DNA of 58,115 bases from a virus (lineage: Duplodnaviria > Caudoviricetes): IMG/VR virus record IMGVR_UViG_3300025806_000029, positions 1 through 58,115 of that record, one strand, 5' to 3'. The notes under the pieces are model-generated. The model was not told where the DNA came from. It saw only the letters and a program-made list of their open reading frames with translations, and did not search any database. Made by a program: the position numbers and the translations under genes. Numbering within the stretch: the stretch's first letter is position 1; each line of letters begins with the position of its first letter. Shown in pieces: positions 7,776-15,318 of the stretch.

Positions 7776-8520
7776 CGTTTTGTTCTCCCATGTCTTTTTC
7801 GTAGCATTCTAAAAAAAGGTTTTTAGCCGTACCAGCGCCAGCGAAAACTGTTTCAAATTCTCGGTCCAAATCTGCGGCGTAGTTCGAAGCGAGAGACAGG
7901 ACTGCCTGAGTTGTCACTACCTTTGCAATCTCCTCCGCGGTGTCGGGCTCTTCCGGGAAATCAAGCGTAAGTGCTTCGATTAACCTCCTTGCCCAATAAG
8001 CCTGTACTGATTCGTGCAGGCTTAACTTCACATCGTCTATAAAGTTTTGAAAATACGGTCCAGACAGGTCCAAGGGGTCGTGCGGCTCGACCTTTACCTC
8101 GTCTCGAAAATCTCTCAAACGTATGACGTTGTCGAGAGGCACGGCATCGTTGTCTTCTTGGTTGGCAACATGAATCGCCATCAAGGCTCTTTGGAGTTTA
8201 AGGTCTGATATCTTTAAAATGTTTTCTTCACGCGGAAGCGGCATTGTCCCAAACCTAAAGGCTAGCTCTTCCGCTTTTTGCCCTATCAAATCCCGAACGC
8301 GGAAGCGGTCCTCTTCGTTTATAAGTGGAAAAGGGTAGCTCGTTGTGCCGTAAACGGCATGAAAGAGCCCGGCAAGCGCAATGTCGAAAGGTTGGTCATC
8401 CCTAAGCAGAATGTTGTACGTCCCCACAAGGTGGTCATACAGGGACTGTTCGCCGTGAGAATGTTCCTTACACCCCAACTCGTCTAAAAAACCAAACAGT
8501 TTTTTTTCTGTTTTCCCCAT
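7768..8520 (-). CDS. DUF6817-like (HD-fold-like) protein with C-terminal extension
   Basis: HS...LYDHLVGT...AGLFHAVYGT...VRDLIGQKAEELA..F. Confidence 0.7.
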   Translation of the reverse strand: MGKTEKKLFGFLDELGCKEHSHGEQSLYDHLVGTYNILLRDDQPFDIALAGLFHAVYGTTSYPFPLINEEDRFRVRDLIGQKAEELAFRFGTMPLPREENILKISDLKLQRALMAIHVANQEDNDAVPLDNVIRLRDFRDEVKVEPHDPLDLSGPYFQNFIDDVKLSLHESVQAYWARRLIEALTLDFPEEPDTAEEIAKVVTTQAVLSLASNYAADLDREFETVFAGAGTAKNLFLECYEKDMGEQNDG

Positions 8521-8525
8521 CACAG

Positions 8526-8678
8526 TCACTCCATGTCAACAGTGTCGCTGGCCCACACCGCCTCCTCTTGAATAGGCTCGTGGTCCGCGGGCCGGTCTGC
8601 GTAGATCACGGCCATTACTTTTTTAAGCTCTCCTTCTGCATCAATAATCGTTATCGGCAGCCTCGTTTTTACAGTCAC
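8526..8678 (-). CDS. 50-aa hypothetical protein (not in ORF track)
   Basis: GTG start overlapping the upstream TGA; GAGGTG RBS. Confidence 0.45.
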   Translation of the reverse strand: MTVKTRLPITIIDAEGELKKVMAVIYADRPADHEPIQEEAVWASDTVDME

Positions 8679-8887
8679 TTCTTCACCTCTTTTATGTCGT
8701 CTGCGTCAGGATAATCTCGACGCACGTCTTCAATATTTTCGTACATCGATTCGTAAAGCGTCTCTTGACCCTCGCCGTAGCAACTTGGGCACAGGCTGCG
8801 TATTTCCAGCGTCTCGCTGGCTTGTCGGGCTAGCTGGCCGAAACCGTCGCACTCTCGGCAGCGAACGGTTACCTCAAACGGCGGCAT
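8675..8887 (-). CDS. DnaJ-type Zn-finger small protein
   Basis: CRECDGFG...CPSCYGEG. Confidence 0.7.
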   Translation of the reverse strand: MPPFEVTVRCRECDGFGQLARQASETLEIRSLCPSCYGEGQETLYESMYENIEDVRRDYPDADDIKEVKK

Positions 8888-8943
8888 TAGCCGAAAACGA
8901 CGCGGAAAAAATTCTGAAGAAAAATAGTGATAAGCTGTTCCAT
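8887..8943 (-). CDS. 18-aa hydrophobic mini-protein
   Basis: MEQLITIFLQNFFRVVFG; AGGAGG RBS; TAATG coupling to the next gene. Confidence 0.45.
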   Translation of the reverse strand: MEQLITIFLQNFFRVVFG

Positions 8944-8952
8944 GTCTTCCTC

Positions 8953-10089
8953 CTATTTAAATGCGGGCCCGGTTACCCACCCCACGAGGGAGTGTCTGGT
9001 GCCCTTAGTTACGGGGGTTACTTCATGCAGCGCATAGCTTGGAAAGAAAGTGATAGCGCCTTGGTCGCGCTCTATCCGCTTAGGGTCAGGACTATCGTGT
9101 ATAAGCAAGTCGCCCCCTTCGTAGCTTTGCGGCGGGGATAATTGAACACTAAAACTTAACTTTCGATGCTCCAAAGTTTTAGGGTCAGAACTGGACCCGT
9201 CTACGTGTTTTCCGTAAAACCCGCCGTCGCCACAATAAGTGGTGAATTGAAGAGATTGAATATTACAAAGGTCGAAACAAAAAAAACTTTCGTTAGTTTC
9301 AAGGACTTCCCCGCACAACAACTCAAACAACCAATGGTTTTTTTCGTTGCTTGAATAGAGGAACTGAGTCGTTGAGGTTCGAACATTGTGGTTGACGCTT
9401 CCGTTTCCGTTTCCCACGGCGGCGTCTTGGGGCAGAGAAGCGCGGTCCTCTTGAAGACAAGAAGAGATGATTTCCTCGCATTGAGTAGCGCTTAAAACCC
9501 CTCTTTTTTGACTGATAAAAGCAGTTGAGGTAGAGGATAAAGCCCAACTAAAAGTCCTTTGTTCGGGAGGCTCTTCTTCTAAAGCCTCTTCCTCTAAAGC
9601 CTCTTCTTCTTTAAACGCAATTACGCACTCAAAATGCCAGTCTTGCGGTACAGGACTCCTTTTATACGTAAACTCGTCGTTAAAAAAAATTGCGGTGCCG
9701 GGCCGCATAAGTATTTGTCCGCCGTGTTCGGTTTCTATTATCCAGTCCGTCCAGACGCCAGAGCAGTGGCTGGCAAGACAGACTTTAAGCCAGTACAGCT
9801 TTCCCTCCTTCGAGGATCGCGGTCTCTTATCGGCGGGGTTTTCAGAACCGTACAAAAAACATTCAGTCGAAACGACCGAAAGAGCCTTCGGCTTCTCCGA
9901 AAAGAGTGTTTTTCCCAACTTTTCCGCGGCCTGCTCAGCGTACGGCAAAACTTCAGGAGCGTTCAATATTTGAGGAGATCGCATTTCCGCGTTACCACCC
10001 CCAGACACAGACAAAAGCTGGCGAACAAGGTTTCCGCGCTCATCACTTTTGATGAGTTCCTGCATTTCAATTATAATAGCCTCGGTCAT
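8953..10089 (-). CDS. Prolyl-4-hydroxylase-like 2OG-Fe(II) oxygenase with extra N-terminal domain
   Basis: C-terminal YGKHVD...RKLSFSVQLS...YEGGDL...FPSYALHEVTPVTKGTRHSLVGW; (EEEAL)n linker. Confidence 0.85.
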   Translation of the reverse strand: MTEAIIIEMQELIKSDERGNLVRQLLSVSGGGNAEMRSPQILNAPEVLPYAEQAAEKLGKTLFSEKPKALSVVSTECFLYGSENPADKRPRSSKEGKLYWLKVCLASHCSGVWTDWIIETEHGGQILMRPGTAIFFNDEFTYKRSPVPQDWHFECVIAFKEEEALEEEALEEEPPEQRTFSWALSSTSTAFISQKRGVLSATQCEEIISSCLQEDRASLPQDAAVGNGNGSVNHNVRTSTTQFLYSSNEKNHWLFELLCGEVLETNESFFCFDLCNIQSLQFTTYCGDGGFYGKHVDGSSSDPKTLEHRKLSFSVQLSPPQSYEGGDLLIHDSPDPKRIERDQGAITFFPSYALHEVTPVTKGTRHSLVGWVTGPAFK

Positions 10090-10289
10090 TCGTCCGGCTT
10101 TCCGGGTTCGATGCTGACGTTTAGTACGGCCAGCTTTGCCGCCATTCGCCCGTGATCCAAGATCATTTTGCGGACCATCTTGCGCGGTAGACCGACGTTT
10201 TTTGAACGACCTTTTTGCGAGATAGCAGCAAGCTCGTGGTATTCGTCTTCACTTGTGTAGAGCTTCATCCTCTTTGAATCCTCTTCCAA
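10086..10289 (-). CDS. Hypothetical protein
   Basis: 67-aa ORF overlapping both neighbours. Confidence 0.55.
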   Translation of the reverse strand: MEEDSKRMKLYTSEDEYHELAAISQKGRSKNVGLPRKMVRKMILDHGRMAAKLAVLNVSIEPGKPDE

Positions 10290-10447
10290 GCAGCCCGGAG
10301 AGCCTCGGCTTTAAGAAAACTTTCAGGGTCTTTCAGCCCCCCGTGATCCTGTAGGCGCTCGGCCTCCGTGCGTACCGCCTTATCGACCCACCTCAAGGCG
10401 GTGGACCAGTCTTGGACCTCTTCCGTTGCGTTTAAGTAGTCGCTCAT
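10265..10447 (-). CDS. Hypothetical protein
   Basis: 60-aa ORF with AACCAAGGAG RBS; first gene after its promoter. Confidence 0.65.
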   Translation of the reverse strand: MSDYLNATEEVQDWSTALRWVDKAVRTEAERLQDHGGLKDPESFLKAEALRAAWKRIQRG

Positions 10448-10474
10448 ATCAATCTCCTTGGTTAAAGATTACCC

Positions 10475-10503
10475 CTTATAAACTCCCATACAAAGACCGT
10501 CAA
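10475..10503 (-). promoter_or_regulatory. sigma70 promoter with TATGGGA box in the spacer
   Basis: TTGACG-N17-TATAAG. Confidence 0.75.
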
Positions 10504-10504
10504 C

Positions 10505-10587
10505 AAAAAAAACGCCCTCGCACAGATGGGACGGTGCGAGGGCGCTTCAACCACGGAGAGACGGTCAAGAACTACACTCCTTAACCT
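10505..10587 (-). ncRNA. Candidate trans-acting sRNA with anti-RBS seed
   Basis: Promoter TTGACT-N17-TACCCT (10594-10622); 5' hairpin; unpaired UCUCUCCGUGGUU; terminator CGCCCUCGCAC/GUGCGAGGGCG plus U8. Confidence 0.6.
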
Positions 10588-10618
10588 CGATAAAGGGTAT
10601 GCGAGAACCTCGCGTGAG

Positions 10619-10840
10619 TCAATTACTAAGTCCGCCAAAAATTTCGGAGTCTTTACACTCGGGGCAAATGAACATGCCTTTTTCAACAACCCTTATCTCT
10701 AGGCAAGTCAGGCATCTTCGACGCTCGTGTGTGCCCCTCTCTATCTGGGTATCTTTAAGTCTTTTTTGTTTTTCGGCTGAGACCATTTGTAAAACACGTG
10801 CTGGTTTATTTGAACTACGCGGGATTTTGTTGACGCCCAA
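10619..10840 (-). CDS. Small Zn-finger protein
   Basis: RRCLTC...FICPECK. Confidence 0.55.
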   Translation of the reverse strand: MGVNKIPRSSNKPARVLQMVSAEKQKRLKDTQIERGTHERRRCLTCLEIRVVEKGMFICPECKDSEIFGGLSN

Positions 10841-11190
10841 CTAGGTAGCACATAGTCGGCATGATAGAAAGTTGAACCCTCGGTAGGGTCCATAATCGTA
10901 CGGGACAAAACCAGTTCCGCGATCCGTGTGGCGCGAAGCTTGGCCGCCCTGTCGCGCATAATGTCGCTCTTGCCGTCGCAGTAAAAGGAGAACTGGCATT
11001 TGTGGCGAACGGGCGCACCTGACCGGTAAAGCGGTCCTTGCTTAACTACGCTACAAACGTCGTTCGGGAAACGTCGGTCTTCGACACGGTTCATAATGAC
11101 CGCCGCGACGGCCACTTGGCCGACGGTAGGTTCTCCCCGTGCCTCGAAATACACCGCGGTAGCAAGGCACAACAAGGCCGCGGAAAGCAT
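10741..11190 (-). CDS. Cell wall hydrolase, SleB/Hydrolase_2 family
   Basis: CLATAVYFEARGE...VIMNRV...FP...CQFSFYCDG...FYHADYV.P.W...I..H.FY. Confidence 0.92.
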   Translation of the reverse strand: MLSAALLCLATAVYFEARGEPTVGQVAVAAVIMNRVEDRRFPNDVCSVVKQGPLYRSGAPVRHKCQFSFYCDGKSDIMRDRAAKLRATRIAELVLSRTIMDPTEGSTFYHADYVLPSWASTKSRVVQINQHVFYKWSQPKNKKDLKIPR

Positions 11191-11324
11191 TACCTGCCTT
11201 GCCCGCGATACTTTTTAAAGTTCCGCTTCTTGTGCTTGTTCTTGGGCCGTGAAAGATGGCTAGCGCCTATGGCCGTCCGTTTCTTAATCGGCTTATCGCG
11301 AAAATCTGCTACGACCTTAGCCAT
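11190..11324 (-). CDS. 44-aa basic protein ending KKYRGQGR (not in ORF track)
   Basis: MAKVVADF...KNKHKKRNFKKYRGQGR; coupled to both neighbours; C-terminal motif recurrent in marine phages. Confidence 0.7.
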   Translation of the reverse strand: MAKVVADFRDKPIKKRTAIGASHLSRPKNKHKKRNFKKYRGQGR

Positions 11325-11496
11325 CCAAAATCACCCGTGAAGCTTCCATCGGGTAGCTTTTCCGAAAGGCTTCGGATTCGGCAATGTGTATCTGAAGCTG
11401 ACCGCTGATACTGCGGCCCTCTTTTTGAGATCGCTGCTTTACGTCTTGGTAAGTTTGGATCGGCACAAGAATGCTTTTCCACTTAGTCGTGTCCAT
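11317..11496 (-). CDS. 59-aa RHH/Arc-like DNA-binding protein (not in ORF track)
   Basis: MDTTKWKSILVPIQTYQDVKQRSQKEGRSISGQL; AAGGAG RBS; own promoter. Confidence 0.65.
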   Translation of the reverse strand: MDTTKWKSILVPIQTYQDVKQRSQKEGRSISGQLQIHIAESEAFRKSYPMEASRVILDG

Positions 11497-11517
11497 GTCT
11501 AAGCTCCTTTTGAACTG

Positions 11518-11552
11518 TACGGGAACATATAAGAGTTCCTGCGGTTATGCAA
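11518..11552 (-). promoter_or_regulatory. sigma70 promoter with operator-like box
   Basis: TTGCAT-N17-TATGTT; TACGGGA variant box at 11518. Confidence 0.55.
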
Positions 11553-11553
11553 C

Positions 11554-11590
11554 AAAAAACCCCGCCGGAGAGGTCAATAACCGGCGGGGT
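11554..11590 (-). terminator. Intrinsic terminator after polA
   Basis: ACCCCGCCGG/CCGGCGGGGT stem plus U tract. Confidence 0.8.
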
Positions 11591-11621
11591 AAGTTTGCGG
11601 AGGTAACAAGCGGAGAAGGGA

Positions 11622-13514
11622 TCACTCCGCTTCGCCCCAGCTAGCGCCAATCTCAATGTCGCATCGACTGGGGACGTCCAAGTCTATCGCATTTGTCATT
11701 AGGTTTGCAATAGATTGTGCCTCTTCCTTTCCTGTAACAGAAACCGCTAGCTCATCGTGAATCTGAATAAGCGGAATCTTTCCGGTCCGGTACACGTCCA
11801 CCATGGCCTGCTTCGTCATGTCCGCCGCGGACGCCTGAATAAGCCGGTTGAGCGCCTTGTAGGTGTAGGCTCGCTTCAGCCGAGTGGTTTGACCGTACTG
11901 GCGCACCGCCTCGTGATACGGCAGTGCCTTGTTCATCTCAAACGAGTCGGGCTCCCACAGGTCAAAGCGACACTTACGACCCTTTAAGGAGCGGATAGCA
12001 CCAAAACTCCCCTTGTCGTTAAGGCGGTCTGTCACGCCTCTCATCAGCATTTTCACAAAGGGGACGCGTTGGTGATATTGGTTTATAAGCTCCTTCGCCT
12101 CTTCTAGCGGGATGTCTAACTGGTCTGCCATCTTCTTAGCACCCATGCCGTACATCATGCCGAGGTTGATCGTTTTCGCCTGCTTACGACTGATCTGAGC
12201 CATATCGGCGACCATAGTGTGAAAGTCCATTGTCGGGTCGTTGCGATAGCCGTCCACGAACTCTTCGACGCCGCGCAGGGGAAGACTGCGGCTTTTACCA
12301 AACACTGAGGCATAGTGGACCAAGATCCGTGGTTCCTGTTGCGAGAAATCAATTGAGGCCCACTTTTCGCCCTCTTCCGGCAAAAACAGACTACGGATCA
12401 TCGGCCCTAGTTCAGGGTCTCGCGCAGGGATTTGCTGAAGGTTTGGGTTATTCATCGATATGCGACCCGAGACCGTGCCTCCGTCGTCGGACCGAATCTG
12501 GTTTATGTGACCGTGGATGCGACCATCGTCTCCGACGTGCTTCATAATGCTGCTGATAAACGTACCCTGAATCTTGTTCAAGGCCCGTGCATCGACAACC
12601 ATCTTAGCCAGAGGGTGTTCGTGTGCGGTTAAAAACGCTTTCGTAAAGCTGGGAGCGCCGGTCGCCGTCCTTGGATACGACACCGAAAGTTTATCAAAGG
12701 CGTCCGCCAGACTTTTGGCTGCCCAAATTTCAACGTGATTTCCAACCAGTTTTTTAATTTCCCTGACGACGTTCTTTTCCCGACGGATCAGGGCGTCTCT
12801 CGTTTTTGCCGCAGCATCCAAGTCCACCCGCACTCCTCGCGAGGTCATGTCTACTAAGCAAGGGAGAAGGGCTAGTTCCAGATCAACAATTTCTTGCAGC
12901 CCCTCCTGCCCTACCTTTACCTTGAAAAAGTTCCAGAGTTCCAAGGTCAATTCAGCGTCCGTCTGGGCATAGGGCCCGACGTGCATGGCGGGGAGCTTCC
13001 ACATCTCAGCCTTCGGGTCTAGCCCAAACTCTCTCGCCGCAGCGATAAGGTCTTTCTCCGACTTAACCTTATCCAGATAGTCATAGGCGACAGAGTTAAG
13101 CGAGAACGAACGACGGTTCTCGTCAAGCAGGCTAGCGACCACCATCGTGTCGATGATGCGACCGTTGACCTCAATACCGTGCGCCCGGAGCCAGCCCACG
13201 TCGTATTGGGCGTTATGAAAAACCTTGTCTGCATTGGTGGCGCAGACTTTCTTCATCCAGTTCTCAACCAGCCGACGGTCTAGATTACCTCCTCCGGTGT
13301 GGCCTATAGGGTAGTAAGCGCACCAACCGTCTACCGCGACCGCGTATCCGACGACCTCGCCGTTGTTAACGGGCCAGCCGGGGCCGCGTTTCATAAGGTC
13401 CGGGTCACGTGTTTCAAGATCGATTGCGATTTGCTTAGCGCCCGACAAGTCCGGAAACTCCGACGGTGGAACCCACTCGCTATCCGGCGCAAACATAGCC
13501 ATCTGTAAACTCAT
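11622..13514 (-). CDS. polA: DNA polymerase family A with 3'-5' exonuclease, no 5' nuclease
   Basis: ExoI DLET, HNAQYD; TVSGRIS..NPNLQQIP; motif A DFSQQEPR; motif B KTINLGMMYG; motif C QIHDEL. Confidence 0.97.
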   Translation of the reverse strand: MSLQMAMFAPDSEWVPPSEFPDLSGAKQIAIDLETRDPDLMKRGPGWPVNNGEVVGYAVAVDGWCAYYPIGHTGGGNLDRRLVENWMKKVCATNADKVFHNAQYDVGWLRAHGIEVNGRIIDTMVVASLLDENRRSFSLNSVAYDYLDKVKSEKDLIAAAREFGLDPKAEMWKLPAMHVGPYAQTDAELTLELWNFFKVKVGQEGLQEIVDLELALLPCLVDMTSRGVRVDLDAAAKTRDALIRREKNVVREIKKLVGNHVEIWAAKSLADAFDKLSVSYPRTATGAPSFTKAFLTAHEHPLAKMVVDARALNKIQGTFISSIMKHVGDDGRIHGHINQIRSDDGGTVSGRISMNNPNLQQIPARDPELGPMIRSLFLPEEGEKWASIDFSQQEPRILVHYASVFGKSRSLPLRGVEEFVDGYRNDPTMDFHTMVADMAQISRKQAKTINLGMMYGMGAKKMADQLDIPLEEAKELINQYHQRVPFVKMLMRGVTDRLNDKGSFGAIRSLKGRKCRFDLWEPDSFEMNKALPYHEAVRQYGQTTRLKRAYTYKALNRLIQASAADMTKQAMVDVYRTGKIPLIQIHDELAVSVTGKEEAQSIANLMTNAIDLDVPSRCDIEIGASWGEAE

Positions 13515-13744
13515 TTTTCTCTCCGGGGGCGACGCTGTACCCTTTTTCGTTGAACGCGAACTTTCGGCTTTACTGTCTCGTCTCGGGGTATTCGTCTACG
13601 CACGGCTTTCAAAAGATCTTCGGAGATAATCATTGCAGTGCTTGTTGAAATAGGCACCAAGAAATCGATGCCTTTGGTTTTATCAATTACCCGAAACTGA
13701 ATGGGCTCTTCGGGACTCGTGTCGTAAGGAATTATTAACGTCAA
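13511..13744 (-). CDS. Hypothetical protein
   Basis: 77-aa ORF with 4-nt overlaps on both sides. Confidence 0.55.
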   Translation of the reverse strand: MTLIIPYDTSPEEPIQFRVIDKTKGIDFLVPISTSTAMIISEDLLKAVRRRIPRDETVKPKVRVQRKRVQRRPRREK

Positions 13745-15318
13745 AACGAGTAGGCCTCCTTTGATGATTCCGGCGCAACGAGAAAGAGGTTTTCCTTCGT
13801 ACGGGTGACTCCAACGTAAAAAGTCCGGTGCAGGTCGTTACTGCCCGCCACGTCCCTTGCTGCCTCACGAAGAGCGGCATAGCTACAGTCCGTGTACAAG
13901 ACCACGTTTCGGGCCTCTCCGCCCTTAGCTCCGTGGATTGTTGAAACGGTAATCCGAGGTTTTTGCGACAAATCTTCTCCTCGCCGCTCAGCCGCTTGAA
14001 GGTAAACAAGCTGGTTCTCTGGCGCTTTTGTCAGGACCGCGGGCCACGGTTCGTCTTTCGAAACCATAAGACCCTGTGCCTCGACCAGTTCATTATAGTC
14101 GATTTCGTCGTCGTCTTCGACATTAGGTAGTGTTTTAAAGCCCCTCCGAACCCCGTGGCCGACGTCAAGAAATGAGTACATCTTTCGCGCCTCCGAACCC
14201 GCCACCTGTTCTCCTCGCTGTAAGGCCTTCCAACAAAGAACCGCATCAATCAGCTTCTGGCTAAACCGCGTCTTGCCGTGCTTAGTGTCAAATAGGTAAC
14301 CGGAAGACCGCAGCAAATTAATTGCGTTCTCCAGCATGTAATTGCACTGGCCGAGAACGAGCCAGTCACCATCGGCCATGTCATTCAGTATCGACTCGAT
14401 ACCGTTAATGTACTGCACGGAGCCTTCAATACCCTGCGGCTGGTATACCTTGGGGAGCCGCCCTTCTACCCGCGAAACGACATTCTCGGCAAGGGCGTGG
14501 ACCTTTCGCGGAATCCGCCAGCTTGTCGCCAAAACCTCGGACGCCCCTTCAAGCCCTAAGAACTGCTCAACATCCGCCCCAGCCCATCGGAATATGGCCT
14601 GATCGTCATCCCCCGCCACAATTACGCGGTTAGCGGTTTTCTCGGCGATCTTATTGACGACGTGCCACTGAATTTTGGATAAATCCTGCGCCTCGTCAAC
14701 GAAGACTGTATCAAAGGTCGGGCAGGTACTGTCTGCCAGTTCAAGAAACAGCAGGAGCATATCCGTAAAATCAAACCGGCGTTCTCCAGACTTGTAGTCC
14801 TCGTAAGCTCGGCTGAGGTAATCGACCAGCGGCCAAGGTTGGTTATTGGTAATCCCCCACTCCTCGTACGCCTGTCGCAATGGGATCTCTTTGACCTTCG
14901 CCATATTTATCAGGCCCATGACCGTTTCCTTGTTCGGCAGGGCGACCCCAAAGTTTTCGGAGTCGGGGTCGGTCGCGGTCGCTTCAAACTCAAAGCCGGT
15001 CAACGCTGAGATGTCCCGCCAGTTCTCCGTGTCCATTAGCTGGTCAAACTTTATACCGCTGTGCATAAAACAGAAACTGTGAAGCGTCCGAAAATAAGGC
15101 AGGTCGTCGGGGCCCATGTTAAGTCGTTCTAGCGCCCTGTCGCGAGCCTCGTAGGCCGCCTTCTTAGTAAACCCAAAATAGCCGATGCGTCCGGGGGCTA
15201 CACCGCTATCAATAAGGTCGGCAACCATGTTTATCAAATGAGTAGTCTTGCCCGTTCCGGGGGGTCCGAACACGCGTAAAAATTTAGAAGGGGATGTCAT
15301 CCATCTCTCCAGTGGCAA
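13741..15318 (-). CDS. UvrD/Rep-like SF1A helicase
   Basis: GPPGTGKT, RTLHS, VDEAQD, GDDDQAIF, STIHGAKGGE, YVGVTR. Confidence 0.93.
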   Translation of the reverse strand: MPLERWMTSPSKFLRVFGPPGTGKTTHLINMVADLIDSGVAPGRIGYFGFTKKAAYEARDRALERLNMGPDDLPYFRTLHSFCFMHSGIKFDQLMDTENWRDISALTGFEFEATATDPDSENFGVALPNKETVMGLINMAKVKEIPLRQAYEEWGITNNQPWPLVDYLSRAYEDYKSGERRFDFTDMLLLFLELADSTCPTFDTVFVDEAQDLSKIQWHVVNKIAEKTANRVIVAGDDDQAIFRWAGADVEQFLGLEGASEVLATSWRIPRKVHALAENVVSRVEGRLPKVYQPQGIEGSVQYINGIESILNDMADGDWLVLGQCNYMLENAINLLRSSGYLFDTKHGKTRFSQKLIDAVLCWKALQRGEQVAGSEARKMYSFLDVGHGVRRGFKTLPNVEDDDEIDYNELVEAQGLMVSKDEPWPAVLTKAPENQLVYLQAAERRGEDLSQKPRITVSTIHGAKGGEARNVVLYTDCSYAALREAARDVAGSNDLHRTFYVGVTRTKENLFLVAPESSKEAYSF

